A stretch of DNA of 64,000 nt. It comes from the human T2T-CHM13v2.0 reference genome, Homo sapiens. Positions 1-12,739 of this stretch are shown in pieces. Every line of letters begins with the position of its first letter. The first letter of the stretch is position 1. The notes beneath the pieces were generated by a model, which searched no databases, was not told the origin of the DNA, and saw nothing but the letters and a program-made list of their open reading frames with translations. The stretch lies in assembly GCF_009914755.1 (NCBI RefSeq), contig NC_060944.1. One strand, given 5' to 3'. The translations under genes were made by a program, and so were the position numbers.

Positions 1-244
1 AGGAAGGAAGAGTGAGAGAGGATAAGGTATTACAATGAAACCATGTTTTACATCCTGGCATAGTACTTTTATGTTTTAACAGAAGCAGTGATATTTATTA
101 AAAATTCAAAACACAAAAATGAAGTTTCAGAAAAACTGTCTTCAACTGATCCCTCATGTTAATAGGAATGCCTTCACTTAAAACTCTTCTTAAACTACTC
201 ACTGGGGCTACCCTGCCAGCTACCATTTTTTAGTCTTTCTTGAT

Positions 245-365
245 TCCTTCATTGACCAAATATTTATTGAGGGCCTACCCTGAGCCAAGCAAGCACTAGG
301 CTAATGCAGCAATTAGAGGGAGCAAGACTGATGCAGTTCCCATCCTCAGGCAACTTAGATAGAGA
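245..365 (-). mobile_element. L2 LINE 3' end fragment
   Basis: ttcattgaccaaatatttattgagggcctaccctgagcca matches the reverse complement of the L2 3' terminus. Confidence 0.6.
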
Positions 366-384
366 AGAGTGTTTCTAGAATCAT

Positions 385-503
385 GGCTCAATAGGCCAGA
401 GAGTCTGGATTCATCGTTATAGTGTGAGGCCCAAGAACCTGCATTTTCAACAGGTCTCCAGGTGACTTAGATGCACATTGCAATTTGAGAACCACTGTGC
501 TAG
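385..503. mobile_element. MER5A/B (hAT-Charlie) fragment
   Basis: ggcccaagaacctgcattttcaacaggtctccaggtgac...tttgagaaccactg is the typical MER5 end. Confidence 0.65.
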
Positions 504-1272
504 CAGAGATTTTATGTCAAAAAAGATGGATAATTCATTGCCAAGAAAAAGCATGGCAGGTAAATGATTGTCTCAAGTCAGGAATCCAGGTCAGGAGTGA
601 GCAATGGTCCAGTATGATGGAGCTAGACTGATCATTATGCACAATCCCGTGGTGTAATTATGGGTCTTCCCTGATTCATATGCGGATCTGAGTTATCACT
701 GAAATGGTGAGGACATTTCCTTTACAGAAAGCAGCATCTTTACAGGTAAGGGACTTTGGCGGATGTTTATAGCAGGATATGTCCTTTGGGTAATCTACTA
801 GATCCGTTTTCAAGAATTTTGATGCAGGAATGTTAACTCCAACGTCTATGAATATCTGCCAGCAGTGACTTCTGTGTGCTCTGGCAAATGTCACGAGGAC
901 TTAGACTCTTTAGCACAAAGATTCCCAGAGAAAGGGACTGTGAACTGCTGAGGATTAGGGTCAACTCAGCTAGAAGCTGAGTCCTTGTCTTGAAATATGT
1001 AGCTAAAATAATTGTTTTTCTCTCTCTGATTGGTTGAAAGGAGATCAAAATTAAATGTGCAGAAGAAGTTAAGATCTAATGCGTATCCTGAAAGCGTGCT
1101 CAAGAAAGGTCTAGGTGAGAGAGAACTGTGCTTTCAACATTTAAATAACACTGCTTAGCATGATTACATGAAGCCAGGTAGAAATCCACTTACCTATTTA
1201 TGCAATTATGAAAACGGAATGAATACGCTGTTTGGAGGATATATAATATTCAGATGGAAACCTTCAGGTTTT

Positions 1273-1578
<306 letters not shown>

Positions 1579-2317
1579 AACCTTCAGATTTTAATCACCC
1601 TCTAACCCTTTAAAGCCCTTTAAAGACATATCTTTAAAGATATGTGTTTCTAATGACTAATTATAAGTATTATTTTATAAAATTCTGAAGCGGTAGAGGT
1701 CTACATAAACACCTGTTAGATAATAATATTTATCATTTGAATGAGTGAGTGAATGAATGCTTGAGAAAATAAAATTTAAAAACCAGAAATTTGTAAAAAA
1801 AAAAATAAAAGGCTCTGAAACGCTAATTATCATAAACTCAGTATTTTTTTCCATGCTAGCTTATAAACTTTGTTTATATATATTTTTAGCAATATTCAGA
1901 TCTCTTTTTTTTATTGACATCAGTTTAGGCACGAGAAAAGTTTTGTGTTTCTAGACTCTGGGAAAATAAATATCGATTGTCATGAGCAGATTTAACTGAT
2001 AGCCTTATAATTTAAAAATACGATTTTAAAAAGACAGATTCAAAATTCTAAAATCACAAATGACTGGTGGCATACAGACAGGCCATAATACCCCAAGTAC
2101 CTTTGAGGACATCACACATTGCAATAATTGACATTCATACTAATGACTTCAGGTGATCAAGAAATGTTTATGTTAGGCCTGTATATTCTAGTTAAAAGAC
2201 TTGGAGGTGTATAGTACAATTAAACTTTTTCTCCATAATTAGTTTCTGATATTTTATGGGATTGGCTTTTATTATGGGTAGAATTCACTTGGGCAGAAAG
2301 CCTCTTTCCCTAGTGAC

Positions 2318-2539
2318 TAGGCTTGTCAGATATAGCAAATAAAAATACAGGATGCCCAGTTAAATTTGAATTTCAGCAAAACAACTAATCAACTAATCAC
2401 TTTTCAGTATAAATATATCACATCCTATATTTGGAACACACTTATGCCCCATGCAATATTTGGGACACAATTATACTAAAAAAATTGTCTTTGAAATTTA
2501 AATTTAACTCAGTGTCCTGTATTTCATTTGGAAACCCTA
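2318..2539. mobile_element. MER53 palindromic hAT-type MITE
   Basis: tagg...gcaaataaaaatacaggatgcccagttaaatttgaatttcag ... aaatttaactcagtgtcctgtattt...cccta; 8-bp TSD ctagtgac (2310-2317) / ccagtgac (2540-2547). Confidence 0.85.
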
Positions 2540-3059
2540 CCAGTGACTAAAAAGCAACCTATATCTCAGAATTGGTACATTCTGGAATGGTTGCACTTAA
2601 GAAATCTGGCTAATTCTATGAGTCAACTCCACAGAGCTTTTCAGAAGAACTCTATAAACTTGAGAATAAAACAGCCTTCTAATGCAAACTACTGTCTTTC
2701 CTCTGAAAGTCTCAAGTCAAGTGAGATGAAAACTTGAGACAAACCTGCAGGAGGAATGCAAATAAAGATTATAAGCTCTAGGAGAGTTGATTTCAAGGAG
2801 CAAATTAACTCACTAAGGCCCCTTGTGAAATCACCTCCACTGAAATGAGTTCTATGGTGAGGGCTAAGACTTTTATTGAAGACAAAGTATCATGACACTC
2901 ATTATTAAAATTTCCATGTAATGTTATTGGAGATCCTGTAGTCTGTTTCTGTCCCTCAGTCTTGACCTGCCTGGAAGTCTTGTCTAACTCTCCTCTACCT
3001 GATTAGCTGCTTCTTTCTCTGCAAGTCTCCATCTTAGCTCTAATTCCATGATTCTGTAA

Positions 3060-3200
3060 TTGCCTGTTTATCTGTAGAGTTCTTCCACTAGATTCTTTGA
3101 AGGACAGGGATGTATTTTCTGACTTTGTATTCCCAGTGGCAGAACAGTGCCTGGCATGCAATGAATACACAATAGATGTTTGAATGGATAGAAGAGAGGG
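3060..3200 (+). mobile_element. L2 3' end fragment
   Basis: gtattcccagtggcagaacagtgcctggcatgcaatgaatacacaatagatgtttgaatg. Confidence 0.6.
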
Positions 3201-3207
3201 AGAAAGA

Positions 3208-3250
3208 ATGGATGGATGGATGGATGGATGGATGGATGGATGGATGGATG
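3208..3250. repeat. (ATGG)n microsatellite
   Basis: about 10 perfect ATGG units at the L2 tail. Confidence 0.95.
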
Positions 3251-3329
3251 ATATGGTTGAAAATATTATGTTGTACTTATGGAGAGGAAAAAGTTGGCTC
3301 TTATGCTTGTGTAAGAATAGTCGTAGTCA

Positions 3330-4040
3330 CTTTATTCATATTTGTTACAGCTTAAAAAAGCCAACTTATCCACAATAGAAAAATGGATAAACAAACTGGT
3401 ATATTAACCCAATGGAATTCTACCTAATAGTAAAAAGGAACAAACTACTGATGTAGTATGCACAACATGGATAAACTTCAAAAATACCGTGCTGAGCAAT
3501 AGAAGACATGTAAGAGTACATAATATATGACTCCTTTTTTGTGAACATCTAAACATAGAAAACTAACTTGGGGTAGAAAAACTTAAAAACAAAGTTTTTC
3601 TGGGAAATGGAAGGTGCTGGGAATTTACTGGGAAGGGGCATAAGAGAATTTTCTGGGTGATGACATTGCTCTATATTGATAGTAATTTAGTTGGATAAGT
3701 GCATGCATTCATCAAAAGTCAATAAATGCACACTTGAGATTCATGTGTTTCATTGTAAGCAAACTTTACCTCTTAAGAGAAAAAAAAATGTAAACGAATA
3801 CTGAACTCTGTCTACATGCTGTAGTATTTAGAGGTATTGTAATGATGTCTGCAATTTGCCTTGAAATACATTCAAAAAATAAAATGGATTGATGGCTGGA
3901 CAGAGAGATACACTGACACAAGATAAAGCAGGTATAGTCAAATGTTAATAGTAGAATCCAGGTGATGAGTATACAAGTGTTCACTGTAAATTCCTCTCAA
4001 TTTTGCTGTATTAGAAATTTTACATGACAAAATGCTGAGG
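3330..4040 (+). mobile_element. old L1M (L1MC/MD/ME-type) ORF2 end and 3' UTR
   Basis: aaatggataaacaaactggtatatt...aatggaattctac...aaaaaggaacaaactactgat...caacatggataaac; ends ttttgctgtattagaaattttac. Confidence 0.75.
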
Positions 4041-4279
4041 TGAAAAGGAGCTTCTGGTTCACATAACTATCCGAAGGCTGCACACTAGAAAGGACTCTGA
4101 GGTTCCCTGAGGATATTTAAGACCTTTCTCAGGGTGTGCAAATTACGTCTGAGGCTTTCTAGAGAAACAATTCATCTAACACCAGACACCCAAAAACCAT
4201 TTGGCCAAACTAGGTAAAACCAGAGAGAATTCTACTCAGAGTATTTTTCATTACCCCAGCCATTCCAGCACTTTCTCTC

Positions 4280-4620
4280 TTGGAAACACTCGCCGTTATT
4301 TAAAAGCGAGAGTAAAGCCCCATCTCCAGGACTCCAGCTCCTTCTCTTGCACCCATTGGCCTCTGTTTGTTAGTGTCTGACTGAGGGAGGCCATGTCAGA
4401 GTCGATAACAGGTCGATGGGAGATGACTGACTCCGAGGGTTCGTGCCAGGCTCAGCTGCTCTCTTCTGCAGAAGTGTGTGCCTGAAGATCACTCTCCCTG
4501 ACACAATCCTGCAGCTGCTGAAGGAGAGGATTTACTCGGATGAAATTCAGGCCCAAGGGGAACTCGAGCATCATGCCCACAATTAGAAGTGACATGTGAC
4601 CCAGGAGCGGAATTCTGGCT
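4280..4620. promoter_or_regulatory. candidate promoter/enhancer (non-repetitive, CpG-retaining)
   Basis: 10 CpGs in ~340 bp in an otherwise CpG-poor region; TATTTAAAA 4297-4305; reverse CCAAT 4355-4359; CAGCTG E-boxes 4453 and 4512; GTCACATG (minus) at 4593-4600. Confidence 0.35.
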
Positions 4621-4869
4621 GCCAGAGAAAGGAGTGAGCTGATTCTTTTGAGTTGTTCTGACTTAAGAAAACTGCCTTTCTAATTCCTCTGCAGAGGGCC
4701 CAGAAAGTTTTCTGTTTGATCAGTTAAAATACAAAATAATAATAATATTGAAGGTAATAAATCCCTTTTAAGAATGAAAAATGTCACAGGCATCTTAGGG
4801 AAGACAGAGGGCTGAAGAGTTCAACCACGTACTACTGGAAATGTCTGGGCCTTATGGTGTTCTATTCAG

Positions 4870-4929
4870 AGAAGATTTAGATTCTGTCCGCCAACACACA
4901 GGGGAGTAGTGCACTCCTCATCGCTGAAG
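4870..4929 (+). other. candidate 60-nt exon
   Basis: acceptor gttctattcag| and strong donor gaag|gtaagc; no transcript evidence available. Confidence 0.25.
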
Positions 4930-4990
4930 GTAAGCAAATAGACGGTGGATGAGAATAGGAGAGGTCCCTAAAGACGATTAAAGAATACAG

Positions 4991-5355
4991 TGGTGTATGG
5001 ACTGAATTGTATCCCCCCTAAAATTCATGTGCTGAAGTTCTGATCCCCCAGTATCAGAATATAACCATATACGAAGATAAGGTCTTTAAAGAAGTGATTT
5101 CGTTAAAATGAGAATCTTAGGTTGGAGCCCTAGTCCAATACGCCTGATGTCTTTATAAGAAGAGAAACAGACACTAGGAGTGAGCATGCACAGAGGGCTG
5201 ACCATGAGAAGAAGCAGCGAGGGAGCCGCCATCTGCAAGCCAATGAAAGAAGCCTCGAAGCAAACCAACCCTGCCTCTGGAACTATGAGGAAGTAAATTA
5301 TTTAAGCCATCCAATCTGTGGTATTTTGTTAGAGCAGCCTTAGCAAATTAATGCA
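4991..5355 (+). mobile_element. MLT1A-type MaLR solo LTR
   Basis: tatggactgaattgtatccccc...ggtctttaaagaagtgatt...gtggtattttgttagagcagccttagcaaattaatgca. Confidence 0.85.
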
Positions 5356-5415
5356 CTCTCTGAAAACTTCTGGGCAGTGCATTATCCATCTTTTTGACAA
5401 TGAAGCTCTACTAGC

Positions 5416-5570
5416 CCAGTGGTTCTCAAACTGCATTGTGCATCCAAATCATCTGAACAACTTTTGAAATGCAGGTTCCTGAACTTCACACTATAACCAT
5501 GAGAACAGTCTTCCTGGCATATTGAACAATGCTTTCAGGAACATTCTTTTGCACTCAAGTTCAGTGAGAA
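5416..5570. mobile_element. MER5-family fragment
   Basis: cagtggttctcaaactgcattgtgcatccaaatcatctg...aaatgcaggttcctg. Confidence 0.65.
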
Positions 5571-6336
5571 TGAGGACTGTCAGTCTTGCTCCCTTTGATT
5601 CCCTGCACTAGCCTAGTGCTTGGCCTAGGCTGGGCCTTCGATAACTATGCACAAGTGGGGCTTGAAGTAGATGGTTTTCCAAATTCCATCTCTGAAGGTA
5701 AGCTGCATGGGGGAAAGCTCTTCAATTTGTTCATAACATAGAGGATTTCTCTGTATTATTCCAGACAGATATTCTAGTCCTTGACAGATGGTAGGCATTT
5801 AATAAGTAATTGTTGAATGAGTGAATCTTATAAGATGTTCTAGAGAACTCTGCGTTAGTGAAATTGCAGTGCCAAGAACAGAATCTTTTAAACTTCTATG
5901 TTGGCTCTTGATATAGTTTTATTATATCTATTATTTCATCTAATTATTTTATGGTTTGATTTTAGATATTTGGAAAATACAGGCATTTAGGGAGAACATT
6001 AAAGTCTCCTGAAATCCCAACCCTAAAATATAACTATGGTGAATATTTTGGTTCATTTTCTTCATTCATAAAAATATGTATTTAGATAAGTTCAAAAGAA
6101 ATTGCAAATACAATAATTTATCTTTTTTCCAAAGATTATATTTTCCCATTTTGCTACATATTTTCTGAAATAGGATCTTTAACAAATGAATAATATTCCA
6201 TCATGAGGATGTCATATTTAATCACCTAAAATTTGACTTAAATATAATAGAAAAGAAGAAAATGAATGTGCATGTCCAAAAAAACATTAATTTTGGAAGT
6301 TGCATTTAGGGAGGTGAAATTTGTTTCCATGTTTTA

Positions 6337-6415
6337 TTAGGTTGGTGCAAAAGTAATTGTGATTTTTACCACCACTTTCACTGGCAAAAACCTCAATTAC
6401 TTTTACACCAACCTG
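6337..6415. mobile_element. MADE1 (Hsmar1-derived MITE)
   Basis: ttaggttggtgcaaaagtaattg...caattacttttacaccaacct terminal inverted repeats; flanking TA at 6335-6336 and 6416-6417. Confidence 0.92.
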
Positions 6416-7532
6416 TAATTGGCTATTTGGATATCTCCTCCTTTTCATAATTTTTTGATTGTTTTATGCTTAGAAAATCTTTTTCCACATTCAAATCAGT
6501 TAATTAATAACTTCCACTTTCTTTAGAGGTATTTCCATTACCGAAATAATACATGCTCATGATGCAAGTTTTGAAAGTATATGAAACCTAAAAGAACTTA
6601 GAAAGTTGTCTCTAATATTTTGAACTTCTGTTGTATTCCTTCCCATCAATTTTCAGTGCATATTTTTATATATTTGTTATAATATAGTACCTATAAAATT
6701 GTATATACTAATTTTAAGTTTATTTGTATGATTATAAAATGAACATCTGATCACTGTATAAAATCTGGAAACTACACAGTACCATGTGGAGAAAATAAAA
6801 ACAACTAAAACCCAATTCCCCAGGCAGAATCACTGTTACATTTGGTATACAATACTTACTTCCAGTTTTTTTGGTTAAATGTATTTTTACATAATTGCAG
6901 ATGTGCAATATGCACAAAATTACACTGATTTTAATCATTTATTATTTTGCATCTAGAATTTATACTCATGATAGAAAATTACACATATAAAAACAAAATG
7001 AAAAATTAAAATCACTAATAGTAGTAATTCCAAACAATATATTTTAATAACTTTGTATATTACCTCATAGAGTAGTATTCATGTCTTCCTTGAAAGGTAG
7101 TCAGAGAATATACATCTAATATTATGCATATATGTATATACATATATATCACATAATACATATGACACAATACTTGTATTCACAAGTTGTCTATGTAAGG
7201 TAATACAAACAGAAGACTAATGACTGATGTGTACTCTTTAAGTCATTCAATGTTTTTTCCTTTCTTCTATATTTTGAAAGTCTCTCAACCTTGCCCTTCA
7301 AGTTACCACCTTGATTTAATGCAGAGACATTCTACCCTGTACTCCCTCCAATGATGATTTTAATTATCTCCTGAAAATTAGCTTCCTTATGTCAACCTGG
7401 TCTTCGCCAGTTTTTTTCCTCCATCTATTATTGTCTTACGGCTTTCTGTTTACCATTCAGAATTTGTACTCTTTTTTTGGGTTTTAGTTTGTAAATTTTT
7501 TTTCTACATTTTTTTTGTTTTTTCTGATTAAA

Positions 7533-9826
7533 CTTTTTTTTATATAATTGTAGATCACATGCAGTTTTAAGAAACAATACAGAGAAATTGTGGTAACCTT
7601 TACCCAGTTTTCCCCAGAATTTTAATGTTAACATCATGCAAAATCATAGTACAATTTTCACAACCAGGTTATTGACATTGATACAGTCAAGATACAGACT
7701 AGTTCTATATACTTCTTGTTGTTCTTTTGATACTCAGGCTCACCTCTGTCCCCCTCCTTTGGCCTCCCCTTGTACCTGATCCCTGGAAACCATTAATCTG
7801 TTCTGTGTTTCTATAATGTTATCATCATAGGAATGTTTTATATATGGAATAATACATTACACACCTTTTGAAATTTTTTTTCATTCAGCGTAATATCTTA
7901 GAAATTCAAATAAGTTACTGGTTTTATTTTTATGTTTTGAGACATTTATATAAATGATACATGTAATTGTGAGGGACAAACTTTAAAGTGATTTCCATGA
8001 TCAAGACTTTCTAGTATTTATACATTTGTGTAATCCTTTCCCCTTGAGTGTGAGCAGGACCTCTAATTTTCTTCTGATCCATGCAATGAAGCAAATGCCA
8101 TGTATGTGATTTGTTCATGTGTTTTTGTTAAGCATGTATCATCATCTTGCTAGAGTCTCTTTCTCCCTTGCTGATTTTTAAGAAGCAATATGCCATGAAG
8201 GAAGGAGTCATATTAGAAAATTTCATGTAGCAAGGAATTTTGAGTGGTCTCTAAGGGCTGCAGAACATTTCTTGAAAGAAACTAGACCTTTCATTTGTGC
8301 AGCCATAAGAACATAATTATCCCAACAGACTGAGGGATATTTGAAGTAATTCCTTCCCCAGTGGTGCCTCTGATGAGACCACAACCCTGGCTGTCACCTG
8401 GAATGCAGCTTGGTAAGATGCTGAAGTACAGAGTCCAGTTAAGCCATGCCAAGATTTCTGACCTACAGAAACTGTGATATAATAAATGTGTGTTATTTTA
8501 AGTCGCCAAGTTTTTGGTAAAACCAATACAGTAATCTACTGCAACTTCCTTTTTCCACTCGATGTCATACTTTTGAGATTTGATATATTATTTAATTGTT
8601 TTACAGAATTTCAGTGTCTATACAAACCACAACTCCTCTATTCTACCACTAATAAAGGGTGTGTTTCTGCTTCTTAGACATTAGAAAGCAAGTGTTTTAG
8701 AGAATATTCTTATACTTACTCAGGACATATACAATAGTTTCTCTACAAAATATATCTCAAAATGAAATTACAAGTATATGTGCATGTTCAACATTACTGT
8801 AATATTGCCAATTTGCTCTCAAAAGTGGTTGCATAGATTTTGTACAGGACAATTCCTGGTTCCCCACGTTGTGACCAACACTTGGTATGATCAAACTAAG
8901 TAATTTTGCTACTGTAATCCATGTGAAATGACAGCTTTTTGTTCCCTAGTATTGATTACTGATGAAACTGAGCATTTCATATGTTAAATGGTCACTTGGG
9001 TTTCAAGTTACCGATTCATGCCCTTTGCCCATTTTTCTATTGATGATCTTTTATTTTTGTTATTGATTCATAAGGGGCTCTTTTATACTCTGGATTCTTA
9101 TCCTTTATTGATTATAAATTGCCAAAAAGCTCTTCCAATTTATAAATGACATTTCATTTAACCTATGGTAATTTGTCTATTTTTTCAAAATTTCAAAGTC
9201 CAGTACATCCATCTTTTTCTCTATAGTTTGCATATTTTATGCCCGGTTTAAGAAATGTTTCCTCCCCCAAAGCCATAAAGATATTCTTCTACATTGCTTC
9301 TAAATCATTTCAAGTTTGCTTTCATGCTTGGGTCTCTAAGCACTTAGAATTTATACTTTTAGGGTGAAGTCAGAATTTACTTTTACTTTTCCTCATGGTT
9401 AAGCAATTGTCCCAGCTTCATAAATTGAGTAGCTCATTTTTTATTGACATAAATGTTGCTTCTGTCAAACACCAGTTTGTCTTTATACATGTGGATCTAT
9501 TTTGAGGTCATTTATTGGTTACATTTATGTAATATGTCTATCTGTGAGACAAAACCACATTATTTTAATTACTAAAATTTTAATAAGTCTTGAAATGTGG
9601 TAAGGTTGATTCCAGTGATTATCTTTCTTAAAATTGAACTTTATTATTTTTTAATCTTTACTTTCATATAAATTTTAGGGTCAGTTTGTCAAGCTCAATA
9701 AAAGAAACAAATTAAAAACCCTGTTGGGATTGGGATTTTCATTGAAATTACATTTAACCTATGAATTAATTTGTGGAAAATTGCCAGTACTATGATACTG
9801 ATTCTTCCTAACTTATGCATGGGAAT
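7533..9826 (-). mobile_element. L1MC/L1M fragments, antisense, interrupted by an MLT1 LTR
   Basis: taattgtagatcacatgcagttttaagaaacaatacagaga (L1MC 3' end, reverse); ctttgcccatttttctattg, aaattttagggtcagtttgtcaag (ORF2, reverse). Confidence 0.75.
7968..8530 (+). mobile_element. MLT1E-type MaLR solo LTR
   Basis: TG...CA ends; gtgtaatcctttccccttgagtgtgagcaggac; gatttctgacctacagaaactgtgatataataaat; perfect 5-bp TSD gtaat (7963-7967, 8531-8535). Confidence 0.85.
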
Positions 9827-9827
9827 T

Positions 9828-10405
9828 GTATCACGATCCTCCAAAGATATCCACTTCCTATGAATATGTTAGGCTACCTGAAAAAGGGAAATTAAGGTTG
9901 CAGATGAAATTAAGTTTGCTGGTCAGGTTACCTTGAGATGGGAAGATTATCTTGCATTATCTGTGAGCCCAATATAATCATAAGTGTTCTTAAAGGTGGA
10001 GAACAGTCAGTGTCAGCGTGAAGCAATGTGAGAACTGCTCGATCAGCTGTTGCTGGCTTTGAAAATATAGAGGGTACATGAACCAAGAAATGTAGGCATC
10101 CTCTAGAAGCCATGAACCTAGAAATTCAGGTGGCCTCTAGAAGCTAGAAAAGGCAAGAATATGGATTCTCCCCTAGAGCCTCTAGAAAGAAATGTAGCCC
10201 TTCTGATACCTTGATTTTAGCCCAGTAAGACCCATTTTGGACTTCTGACCTCAAGAATCTTAAGATAATAAATTATGTTGTTTTTAGACACTAAGTTTGT
10301 AATAATTTGTTAAACCAATACACAGAGATAGGTAGGTAGGTAGGTAGGTAGATAGATTAGACAGAGAGAGAGAAAGAGAGAGGGAGGCAATAGGAAACTA
10401 ACTCA
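9828..10405 (+). mobile_element. MLT1D-type MaLR solo LTR
   Basis: ccttgagatgggaagattatc...ctagaagctagaaaaggcaagaatatggattctcccctagagcctc...gcaataggaaactaactca. Confidence 0.85.
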
Positions 10406-10479
10406 GGTCAGTGTGCGTGGATGGGTGTTTGTGTGGGCCCGAGCATGTGCATGTGTGTACTTAAATTTATGGTAGAAGT

Positions 10480-12700
10480 TTCTTATATGTTTGCATTTTG
10501 ATTAGAGATTGTTCTCTTTATAATATGACTTATTTACTTTATTCAAGACTAGCTTTGAGTCCAAGTATACTGTCATTTCTTTTAAATGTCCCACCCTTGC
10601 TTAAAAAGAAAATATATTTCCTGACTTTCTCAGAGTTATTTGTCAAGTTCTATATATGTTCAATAGGACCACACTTGCTATCTACACTGTTCAATTTTTT
10701 ATCTCTTCTGACATTTGAATTACTGAGAGAGAAGTATTATATTTTCCATATTAATTGTGAATTTTGCAATTTTTCCTTGCAATTTCATTCATTTTGGGGA
10801 GTCATGTGCATATAAGTTTTAAATACCATTATTTTCTACCTTTATCTTTATGTCATTACTCTATTTATTCATAAAATGCATTTTGTCTTGAAATCTACTT
10901 TTCTGTATTAATATATTCACACTATTTTTATTTGTCTTCACTTTCAAGTTTTCTATATCATATTTTAGGTGTTTTTCTTATAAACAACAATTGGCTGGAT
11001 TTTGTAATTTTTAATTCAATTTGTGAGCCTCTGTTCTAACAAGCTTATCTGCTATATTTATTGTGTTGACTCATATATCCATTTATTTCTATCATTTTAT
11101 TTTGTTCCATTTACTATGTTTTTTCTTTGCTTCCCTCTTTTCCCCTTCTTCCTACCTCCCACTGGGTTTTTTTCACCCCTTTCTCCATGTCTTCCTAGCC
11201 TCTGATTGTTTTGGAAAAGTAATGTTCTTTTATTAATTCTGAATGGATACTTCAAATATTTAATATGAACAAGTGGCTTAGGAAGGATAAAGTGATTAAT
11301 ATCTCAATGCTTGTTCAAAACAATTTAAGAACTTGGAATCCTCCAGCTCCAAATGTCCCATTCTATTTTACCTGCTATTTGTAGAACTCAATGCAGTCAT
11401 TGTTATTTTTATTTCATACTATCAATGCTTCTATAGATCTAGTTATAAGTTAACTAACATAGGCTGGGCAAGGTGGCTCATGCCTGTAATCCCAGCACTT
11501 TAGGAGGGCGAGGCACGTGGATCACTTGAGCCCAGGAGTTCAAGACCAACTTGGGCAATACGGTGAAACCCTGTCTCTACAAAAAATACAAAACTTAGCT
11601 GGGCATGAATGCACACTCCTGTGGTCTTTAAAAATTTTACTTGGGAGGCTGAGGTGAGAGGATCACTTGAGCCCTGGAGGCAGAGGTTGCAGTGAGCCAA
11701 GATGGTGTCACTGCACTCCAGCCTGGGTGACAGAGTGAGACCCTGTCTCAATAAAAAATAAATTAACTAAAAATAAATAAAGAAAGAAGTTTCCTAATGT
11801 CAATGATTATCAGTGCTTCTTCTGCTCCTCTCTGTCCTTATGAATTCGATTCTTATTTTTCCTGAAATGTAATCTTTAGTATCTCTTCCAGGGAACATCT
11901 GTAAGTGGTAAGTTCACTTAGTCTTTGTTTCTATGACAATATCTATAGTTCACCATCATACTGAAATGATACTTCAGCTGGATATAAGATTCTGGGATAA
12001 TGGCAAATTTTCTCTCATCCCATTGAGGGTATTATAAGACAGTATTTTGGAATTTCTGATTGCTGTTAAGAAGTTTGCTGTCAGTACAATTCTTTCCTTT
12101 ATAAACAACCTGCTTATCCCAAGTTGTTTTAAATAGCTTTCTTTTATCTTTGAGGTACTCACATATATCTCCAAGTTACCTAATTTTCTTTTGTTTTTTT
12201 TTTTTCATATATGTTCTTCATTATGTCAATTGAGGGGATAATTTCAAACCATGTATTTTTATCTTTAAAAATTTTATTTGATTCTATTTCAGTTTAATCT
12301 ATTCATTCACTCAGTGCCTTGATCTTAATAGTGTATTTATTCCTATACTACCTATGCTTTTAGTTATCTTATACATGCATATTTTGCATTTCTGTCACTC
12401 TATTATTTGATTATCTCAATTTGTGCCTCTCTAATATTATTTGTTATATATGCATTTTTATAATTTTTGATACTGTAGCTATCTTTAGATAGATTTTCAT
12501 CACAGTAATCCTGCCATTTGATTTTAGGGAGGTACTTTCTATTATGCTTCTGTACTGTAGAATAGGGGTATATCATCATTTAAACCAATTTTTATAGATT
12601 TTTTTAACTTAGTGGATCTAGACACAAAACTCTGTGAAAAGCACATCTTTATAGACTTTATTTTTCATGAGAAACTTTTCATTTTATCTTTAATCCTTTT
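10480..12700 (-). mobile_element. highly decayed L1M fragments
   Basis: T-rich antisense L1 motifs such as ttgtcttgaaatctactttt, tttcttataaacaacaattggctggatttt, ctgattgctgttaagaagtttgctgtcagt. Confidence 0.6.
11462..11785 (+). mobile_element. AluJb-like
   Basis: ggatcacttgagcccaggagttc; gagaggatcacttgagccc; gagtgagaccctgtctc; A-rich tail. Confidence 0.92.
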
Positions 12701-12739
12701 GTTTTAGTTTTCTTGTTATTTATTCAGTTTATTCAGTAA

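Noticed and set aside
728-745. Possible 18-nt in-frame microexon (tttcctttacag|...tttacag|gtaagg)
   Set aside because: No host coding gene recognised; the repeated tttacag may be chance, and only the donor is strong
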